From NCBI GenBank assembly GCA_009914755.4, contig CP068257.2:7616001-7680000 (forward strand): a DNA stretch of 64,000 bases, written 5' to 3'. Within the stretch, counting starts at the first letter, position 1, and the number at the start of each line of letters is the position of its first letter. Below, piece by piece: positions 55,096-64,000 of the stretch. The position numbers and the translations under genes were made by a program. Below the pieces are notes generated by a model. That model worked only from the letters and a program-made list of their open reading frames with translations, did not search any database and was not told the origin of the DNA. This stretch comes from the human T2T-CHM13v2.0 reference genome, Homo sapiens.

Positions 55096-55469
55096 GAAAA
55101 ACAAGAGGCAGATTATTTGTGGAGATAAGTCTTCCCCCTATCAATGAGTAAAGATTTTTGCCCTTTAAAAATTTTTTAAGTCATGATTTTAGGTAAATGA
55201 ATGACTTACGTTGACGTGGAATTCTATTTCATAACATCAAGTGTTTAAACCTTTAATATATTTAATAGGCTTCCCAAAATCAAATTGCATCTTCAAAATT
55301 TTATGTTCTGACCTCTAACTTTGGGATACTACAGAGGCCCCTGAAGCACCCAAAAGAGAGGTAAACAGGACTATTTAACATGTTAAGTCACATGGCTAGC
55401 ACTGTCAAAATAAAAAATAATGTTGAACCTTCTTTAGGTTATATTCAGTGTGTCATCAATCCATTCTAA

Positions 55470-55790
<321 letters not shown>

Positions 55791-56097
55791 TAATTATGGT
55801 TATTAAGTTATTGTAGACCACAGAAATAACCAAATTTCCTTGTCATTTGTCTTTATCTATAACTATTTAAAGTCATTTCCACAGTTAATTGCTTAATGGT
55901 GATGCAGTTTCTAAAAACTTCACAAGCATGCAAAATTCTAGAATATGGTGTCTCTTAGAAGATTCATGAAAGAATGAAAAGGATCCTGAAAAACACTCGT
56001 GAACACAGATTTTTAATAACTTTAATATCATGGGTAAAAATTCCCCATAAGTTCCCTGATACCCCAAGAATTGGACAGGTTAAGAATTCTCAAAAGT

Positions 56098-56390
<293 letters not shown>

Positions 56391-57689
56391 CCAAAAATTT
56401 AATAAAAAGACCAACTGGTTTATAAAACTGCTAACCTAAGTAAAACAAAAATTGTATACCAAGGAAATATTTTGCCACATTTGCATGCTAAATCACCAAT
56501 ATTGAAATTGATTAGATATATAATTTAAATAATCTCCATGGTCTAAGTCAAATCACCTATAACTACTCATCAGTTACCAGTGCCATGCACCTAATTTGGA
56601 GAAACAGCTGGTATTCAAGAGGATGTAAGTCTAATGTTAATTAAGCACAGACTTATGAAGAACCAGGATGGCCACCTTATCCTTCTTAAGTCCTTAAAAC
56701 TTTTGTTATTAAAAGTTCTGCATTCCATAACTCATCATGGAAAGAGAAAATGATCCAAATTAAATATATTGGTGTGGTGATTTCTAAACTGCTAAAATAG
56801 TTTATAACCAATGTTTGGTTTGTCAATACTATATTTCTAGGAAAACAATCAAAACTTCAGGTACATTTGGTTACCTGATGGGCCATTTAAACATTTTATA
56901 AAGGGATTTCATTCAGTTTTCATTTTCAGTGCATGTTTTCTGATTGTATAAAAACTTCCATGCGAGAGAATTGATGTTAAAACAGTAGATAATTACCCTG
57001 AAGTGTATTTTCACCAGGTAAAGAAAGCCTTTTATGGTTCACTGAGGACAGTCAAACCCTTCAAAATCTAGAATCTGATGACTGGATCTTCTGAGAACAT
57101 CAGAGAAGGACTGCCCTTGCCATCCACATGACAGCAAAAATTTAAAACCTTAAACTTTGGGTTCATAGTCTCACAACTCAGAAGGGTCCCTCCACACTCG
57201 GAACCATATGCCCATTGGAACCCTTAAGGTAAAGCTAACAAGGACAGTTCCCCCCAGAAGAAGATGGCATCCTTAATGTGAACAGCTTTTCCCAAGATCA
57301 CAGATCAAGACTTCTCTACTATCATGAGACACTTATCTTAAGTATCTGTGCAGCTGCTAACACTTACAGCATGTGGAGAAAACATGGTGTATTATAAAGA
57401 TTTGGTTGTAGGGAATTAACAAAAAAACCCACTTAGTTAAGCAAGTAAACTCTTTATCTAATTCATTCTTTAATCTATTTGATTTTAGGTGGTTTGATTT
57501 ATGGGGACCCTGAGTTAGGAGCATATACCAAATTCTTGGTGTTATCCCAAGAGTCATAAGAGTCTCCCTGGTGCACTGTACTTACTCAAATGTTTTAAGA
57601 GTTTGCATGCAGGCATCTCTAAAATATCAAATGGTATCTCTTCAACTGGAATGACAAGAGATTAAAAAAAAGTGCAACCATAAGGACAC

Positions 57690-58580
57690 CGTAACCTATG
57701 AGTGACATGCTAAACCGGAAACCCAAAACAATGGGGGTGACATGCTAAACCAGAAACCCAAAACAATGGGAGCGATGTACTAAAACTGGAACCCAAAACA
57801 ATGGGAGTGATGTGCACTAAAACCAGAACCCAAAACAATGGGAGTGACGTGCTAAACCAGAAACCCAAAACAATGGGAGTGACTTGCTAAAACTGGAACC
57901 CAAAACAATGGGAGTGACGTGCCAAAAGCGGAAACGAAAACAAGGGGAGTGATGTGCTTAAACCAGAACCCAAAACAATGGGAGTGACCTGCGAAACCAG
58001 AAACCCAAAACAATGGGAGTGACGTGCTAAACCAGAAACCCAAAACAATGAGAGTGATATACTAAAACTGGAACCCAGAACAATGGGGGTGACGAACACT
58101 AAAATCAGAATCCAAAACAATGGGAGTGACTTGCTAAAACTGGAACCCAAAACAATGGGAGTGATGTGCTAAAACCGGAAATGAAAACAATGGGAGTGAT
58201 GTGCTAAAACCGGAACCCAAAACAATGGGAGTGACCTGCTAAACCAGAAACCCCAAACAATGGGAGCATCCTGCTAAACCAGAAACCGAAAACAATTGGA
58301 GTGATCTGCTAAACCAGAAACCCAAAACAATGGGAGTGACGTGCTAAAACTGGAACCCAAAACAATGGGAGTGACGTGCTAAAACCGGAACCCAAAACAG
58401 TGGGAGTGACCTGCTAAACCAGAAACCCAAAACAATGGGAGTGACGTGCTAAAACCAGAAACCCAAAACAATGGGATCATCCTGCTAAACCAGAAACCCA
58501 AAACAATGGGAGTGACGTGCTAAAACCAGAACCCAAAACAATGGGATCATCCTGCTAAACCAGAAACCCAAAACAGTGGT
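57690..58580. repeat. ~36-bp A-rich minisatellite, ~24 copies
   Basis: The unit gctaaaccagaaacccaaaacaatgggagtgacgt is repeated with variants (ctaaaactggaacccaaaacaatgggagtgatgt). Minus-strand ORFs 57852-58043 and 57887-58150 show periodic peptides. Confidence 0.9.
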
Positions 58581-58659
58581 AACTAAGAGTGATGCTAAGG
58601 CCCTACATTTTGGTCACACTCTCAACTAAGTGAGAACTTGACTGAAAAGGAGGACTTTT

Positions 58660-58947
58660 TTTTTCTAATACAGAGTCTTGGTCTGTCCCCCAGAGTGGAG
58701 TGCAGTGGCACAATCTTGGCTCACTGCAAGCTCTGCCTCCCAGGTTCAGGCCATTCTCCTACCTCAGCCTCCTGAGTAGCTGGGACTACAGGCACCCACC
58801 AACACACTTCGCTAATTTTTTGTATTTTTAGTAGAGATGGGGTTTCACCATATTAGCAAGGATGGTCTCAATCTCCTGACCTCGTGATCTGCCCACCTCA
58901 GCCTCCCAAAGTGCTGGGATTACATGTGTGAGCCACCGCGCCCAGCC
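58660..58947 (-). mobile_element. Alu SINE
   Basis: tttttttttctaatacagagtcttggtctgtcccccagagtggagtgcagtggcacaatcttggctcactgcaagctctgcctcccaggttcaggccattctcctacc... Confidence 0.9.
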
Positions 58948-59304
58948 AAAAGGAGGAATTTTTTTAAGCAAAATTATGGGAGGCCATTGTTTTGAACTAA
59001 ACTCATGCAATAGGTCCCAACAGACCAAACCAAACCAAAATGGAGTCACTCATGCTAAATGTAACATAATCAAACTAAGACTTTAAGGAAACACATAAAT
59101 CCTAGAACAAACTAGGTTTTGTTTTTCTCCTGTAAACAGGATGTTCCAGCATAAGAAGATACCTTCTACTCAAGTCCTTGTTCCACCTTTTCAAATCTCA
59201 CTGGTCTATTTCCCAGTGGGTTTCTAAACCAAGTAAGTACATTTGCAATGGTAATAGTCACACCAGTGACTGAAGTTTTGGCCAATCTCTCATAATTGAG
59301 AAAA

Positions 59305-59730
59305 TAACCAAAGGGAAGGCATTGTTAAAGTGAACTAAGTATGGCCTGAGAAGGACTCCATAATTCTATATATGAGTCCTTGTGGATGAACTGTAACCTA
59401 CCTTAATAGGTATACAAGAATGAAAAACTAACTTAAGAGTATGCACCTGGAACAACAGCTACATCTTGGCCAATCCCAATGACCAAACTTCAACCACTCA
59501 GGCACTGCCAAATGTTCAAAATGTGTTCAAACAAGGCAAACACTGAGTTGTTTCGGTACCTCACTTCCGATTTCGGTATGCTATTTTCCTTTTGTCTATA
59601 AATCTTCTTCCATCACATGACTGCGCTGGAGTCTCTGTGAATCTGCTGTGATTCTGGGGACTGCATGATTCGTGAATCGTTTATTACTCTATTAAACTCC
59701 TTTAAAGTTTTTCTTTTAACAGAACTAACA
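59305..59730 (+). mobile_element. LTR-like interspersed repeat copy, paralogous to 45675-46140
   Basis: See 45675-46140. Shared blocks include ...tgtctataaatcttcttccatcacatgactgcgctggagtctctgtgaatctgctgtgattctggggactgcatgattcgtgaatcgtttattactctattaaactcctttaaag. Confidence 0.5.
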
Positions 59731-62700
59731 CAGAAGAATTTCCAGATCATGAACAGATGTTTTGTAATACCCAACGTTGTAACATGAATAGACTCTTCCT
59801 TAGATAGCTAACCTTGTTTTTAATATGAATAGACTCTCCCTTAGCTGAGAAAACCAGACAAACTCCATTTGGCTCCTTCATTTACAAGACATCAAGGGCT
59901 CCCTACCCACCCCCTTTCCTCAAGGACTTTAACTTGTGCAAGCTGACTTTCAACATATCAAAGAGTGGAATTAACTGATAAAGTGCTGAGACAAGCGATG
60001 TCTGCAGTTCCCAGCAATTTATTCAGAGATAGTATCATAAAGCCCCACATTTGTCTGGCAGATATTGCCCAGAGCCCCCTCACCTATCACTTTGTGGTGA
60101 ATTTAAAGCCCCTGCACCGGGAACAGTTTGTTTTCCTGTAACCATCTGTCTTTTTAAATTTTTTGTCTGTTATTATCTTCTGTAAAGTTGCTGCAGCTAG
60201 AATCCCCCCTCCCCTCTTTAAACCAAAGTATAAAAGAAAATCTTGTCCCTTCTTCGGGGCCGAGAGAATTTCGTGCGTTAGCTGTCTCTCAGTCACCAGC
60301 TAATAAAGGACCCCTGAATTCGTCTCAAAGTGTGGCGTTTATCTCTAAATCACTCGGGTACGACAGTTTCAACTATGGTAGAAGACTTGAGTAAGGCAAA
60401 TACAGTCCCCCTAAATTTGACTATTATTTACGTTAATGGTGAGTTTAGAAGAAATAAGTTAAGACTACAAAGAGTGGGCTAAAGTGCAAATAAACACTGG
60501 AAATATTTCCCAGAAAATATGACTTTGAACAGGCTGCTGCACACCCTGCATGTAGAGATAAACTAAGAAAAATGTCTGGAGAGTTATTTAAGGACCTATG
60601 GTTAACTCAGTACTCAAGATGTTCTGGGTTTCATCCATGAATCAAGGAGGACCTCCCAAAAGCTGTTTGGGACCACACTCTTTGAGCAATGAGCACAACT
60701 TACGATGGAAGCTGTGCTTTAGCGGAAGATGACCGTTTCCACTGCACAACACTACAAGTGGTTACTGCCAGGCCGGTGTGAAATATGTTCCAGCACATAA
60801 TCTATGTCACCAATGAAGGTGGTGGTTCGGACTTGGTACACACAAGCTTTCCTGTCCCACAAGAACACTGCATGCTCTCTTCTCGGGTTCCATTCCAATC
60901 ACGTAACAAATATGACTGCCTTTTTTGTCTCGGCATCAGAAAGATCAGAGGAAAATTTCCACCCAACTTAGACAACTCTAAGCTCTTATAACCTGCCTAT
61001 ATCTACAGGTCAGCTTTATCTTATTTATGTATATTTCCTTCAACCTGAGTTTTACTTATTTCTACTTTTCCTTTTTAATTCACAGACACCCATAAACTCA
61101 GAAAATACAGTGTAAAACAAAGTGAAGAACAAGTAAACAACTCACCAGATATTTATTCGTTTCTTGTTGCTCTTGGAAACACCCAGAGGACACTGGAAAC
61201 ATAGCTGGGATAGAAGGCAAATGACGTGGATTAAGGAGAGAACTGGTGTGGTGTGGTCCCAGATTCTTCTGCCCAATGCTCTAGACACATTACCTGGGAA
61301 AGCCCTCCTCCCTCCTGAAAAAGAAAAACTTCCCCGTGGGAGAAGAGTCCTTCACGCCTCATTAGGGGCAGCAGAGGCTCAAGTTAAGATAAGATACATA
61401 GACAAGTACATTAATTGGTAGACATTAGATGCACAATTTATTTTTGAATAAAAATATGTATTACCTACTAATTTAGTAACAATATTATCTAAAGATATAA
61501 TCTAATAATTTAATACAAAGAAACATTATAAGTTCACTAAAATAAATGTTATAGAAATATACTGGGCTGTATTAACTATTTTCCTATTAATATGTAGATT
61601 CCACAAATAACTTCATATGAGTGTTCCCATGACAGTACCTCTTGCTTTTCTATACCTGAACATCGTGGAAAGTGCATCTTGCAAACCAGCAATTTTGGCC
61701 TACAATTACGTTTTTTAAAATGTACATAATATGTATTTCCTGCAGTACACCATTCTACTCATGTTTCCCAATAACACCTTTCCTTCTATCCAAGCCCTCA
61801 TATTATGCTCTGACAATAAATTGGGCTTTTCCATCTGACTTGTCCAGTGAATGGACAATGGAAAATGTGATGCAAATATCCATTGGTTCTTCCCTTTTTG
61901 GGAGAAATTTTGAAGAGGTCTGGAGCTACCCTGTTGGAGACACAGGGCCTAGCCAAGAGTCACCACAAACCACCAGATTGTGAAGGAAACTATCTTAAAC
62001 CAACCAGGCTCAGTCAACGCACCAGGTGACTAAGGCCTTTTTGTAATCCAGGCAACACAAATATATCAACTACCCAGCTGAATCCACCACACCAAAGTGC
62101 AGATCCACAGAACTTCATACAAATAAAATGGTGATTGTTTTTTATAAGCCAGTAAGGTTTAATTAGTTCCTTAAACAGCAAGTATTAACTGTTACACCTA
62201 AGTGAACAGAATTCACTTCTGTGTTTTTAACAAAATTATGTAGGGGGAGAAAATCTTAAATTACAAATCAAATACAATCAATAGAACTTCGCAATCTAAT
62301 GCTAAATTTGGGGATGGACTAGGTTTAATATATCTCAGACGCGAAAAAACGAGCTAAGATTGAAGGAATGGGACTGTGTTTGGAGAGTATTTTAATCCTC
62401 TCAAGTATGACAGGTCACTGCTGTACCCCAGACCACACTTTCAGGCCCCTTCAAATAAGGAATATTTCCTAAGTCCTTGCCTGTTCTTCTCAGCTGAATT
62501 CACCTCAACCTTCTGAAAGTTCGTCCAAACCTTCTACTATCACCTAGTCTTTGCAAATCTTGTGCATTCTAGGGAGTAGAATTAATATTTCCTGAGCAAG
62601 GAAAACTGGGATCTTCACCTGTGACCTTTTTTCCTCCTCTGAAGCACCAGTGAGAGGTTAGACCAGATGGCTGTTCTTTCAAGTGTGCTTCTTATTCATA

Positions 62701-63379
62701 GGGAACCCTCCCTTTCAAACTTTGTAACACACAGTTAAGACTGAAGTACCCTTAAGGCTGACGACCATCATCTATTATGCCATCTCCCTTGTGGAATCAG
62801 TGAGTTCTTCCCTGGAAACTAGGTCTCGTATAAACTTCTGTAAATGCGACCCAGGAGGACTAGGCAGGTCACACAGTGAAGGAGGGAACCAGAAACTTCA
62901 CTTGCTAAAGAGACACCAGGAAACCCAACTAATACAAACACCAAGTTTAAGACTAGCGGCGCACGCGTTTCACACTACTCCTCTGGGAATGGGGAAAGTC
63001 TCCTGAGAACTGTGTGTTAGCACTGGGACAGATGGGCAAACTGAGCATCATGCTGGTTGGTAACCGTGTCCCTCAGCGGCAGGACAGGAGCGCGGCCTGC
63101 AGACTCTGGGCCTAGGGCCACTGGCCTCTCCTACCCGCTCCTGTGCCTCTAGAACCCGCTTCACTGCTGGGACCCCACGCCTGTCCTCCCAGCCTCCGCC
63201 TGGGTCCGTGGCCCGCACCTGCTCTTCAGGCCCTGCCCTCCCGCGATTCGCCCATGCGTCTGCTTCCACAACTAGGGAACACTGGTCCGGCCCCCTGGGA
63301 TTCCCTGAGGCCTACGGGTTCCTCTTGGCCCTTGCACCGACCCACAGGGACATAGAACCAAGCCCCAAGCCGGCCCAGC

Positions 63380-63470
63380 TACAGGACCGACTCTGGGTGC
63401 CACACTTCCGGAGGAAAATGGCGGAGTGGGCCGGGCGGCGCATGCGCAGAGAGAAAAGCTGGTTCCCAAG
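63380..63470. promoter_or_regulatory. CpG-island promoter-like segment with NRF1, ETS/GABP and YY1 consensus motifs
   Basis: ccacacttccggaggaaaatggcggagtgggccgggcggcgcatgcgcagagag contains CTTCCGG (ETS), AAAATGGCGG (YY1 core ATGGCG) and the NRF1 palindrome GCGCATGCGC. It sits in a GC/CpG-rich stretch (63050-63560) with no interspersed repeats recognised. Confidence 0.4.
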
Positions 63471-63739
63471 GTCCTTGATGGTAACATCATTGGAAGGTGA
63501 CACCACAATTCCCATGAGGCTTTGCGGTCCCCCGTTAGGAACCCACGCCGGACATTCTGTTTTGCCCAGCACTTGAGTCCAGTTACACAGAGACCCGGAC
63601 TTAATGTATCAGGACTGGTCCCTACCCAGGTGACACAGATGTGGCATTCTGGTTCTTTATTAAATCCTGGTTTCACAGCCTGGGACATTGTGAAAATAAT
63701 GGAGAAATTTCAATAGAGGCCAATTGGTCTATGCTATGA

Positions 63740-64000
<261 letters not shown>

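Noticed and set aside
57852-58150. Minus-strand ORFs in the 36-bp minisatellite (MGSSFSKSLPLFWILILVFVTPIVLGSSFS...)
   Set aside because: Periodic hydrophobic peptide generated by translating the minisatellite; no independent coding signal.
63208-63688. 122-aa and 138-aa ORFs overlapping the CpG-island segment
   Set aside because: GC-rich sequence yields chance ORFs on both strands. Without splice or transcript evidence these cannot be called; only the promoter-like motif cluster is reported.

Overview
The window is primate, human-like genomic DNA (many Alu SINEs, L1 LINEs of several ages, a Tigger1 DNA transposon) with a subtelomere-like patchwork architecture. No tRNA, rRNA or CRISPR features were found, and all calls rest on reading the sequence and recall of repeat families.

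Left to right:
- 1-5870: two old L1 ORF2 fragments. A CpG-dense ~1.2-kb tandem block sits between them, bracketed by ~170-bp direct repeats of L1 sequence.
- 5872-6180: the second L1 is cut internally and joined directly to ~310 bp of degenerate (CCCTAA)n telomere-type repeat.
- 6560-6975: TAR1-like subtelomeric repeat.
- 6976-10410: a 3.4-kb array of ~17 CpG-rich ~200-bp monomers. Each monomer carries an oligo-A tract and a tRNA T-arm-like motif, and one monomer has a (TA)n expansion. I do not recognise this satellite.
- 10786-13527 (minus strand): a 913-aa uninterrupted ORF runs through ~16 diverged copies of a 147-bp (49-aa) Ser/Pro-rich tandem repeat. Its 5' ~580 bp is duplicated in inverted orientation 2.4 kb away at 15920-16460. 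The inverted copy has a TATA/CpG promoter-like region, an upstream ATG and a single in-frame CGA->TGA nonsense change. I rate this repeat-protein locus as the most interesting candidate.
- 16985-18600: an L1 with a 5' inversion.
- 18600-20600: a 2-kb cluster of alternating-orientation ~300-bp units (nested palindromes).
- 22870-23780: a ~19-bp minisatellite.
- 24100-28370: a ~4.3-kb array of a 48-bp satellite (~88 copies, open in several frames on both strands).
- 28400-48800: an Alu-rich region containing a Tigger1 element and L1M pieces.
- 48885-55095: a near-full-length but ORF-disrupted L1PA.
- 57690-58580: a 36-bp A-rich minisatellite.
- 63380-63470: a CpG-island promoter-like segment with NRF1/ETS/YY1 motifs near the right edge.
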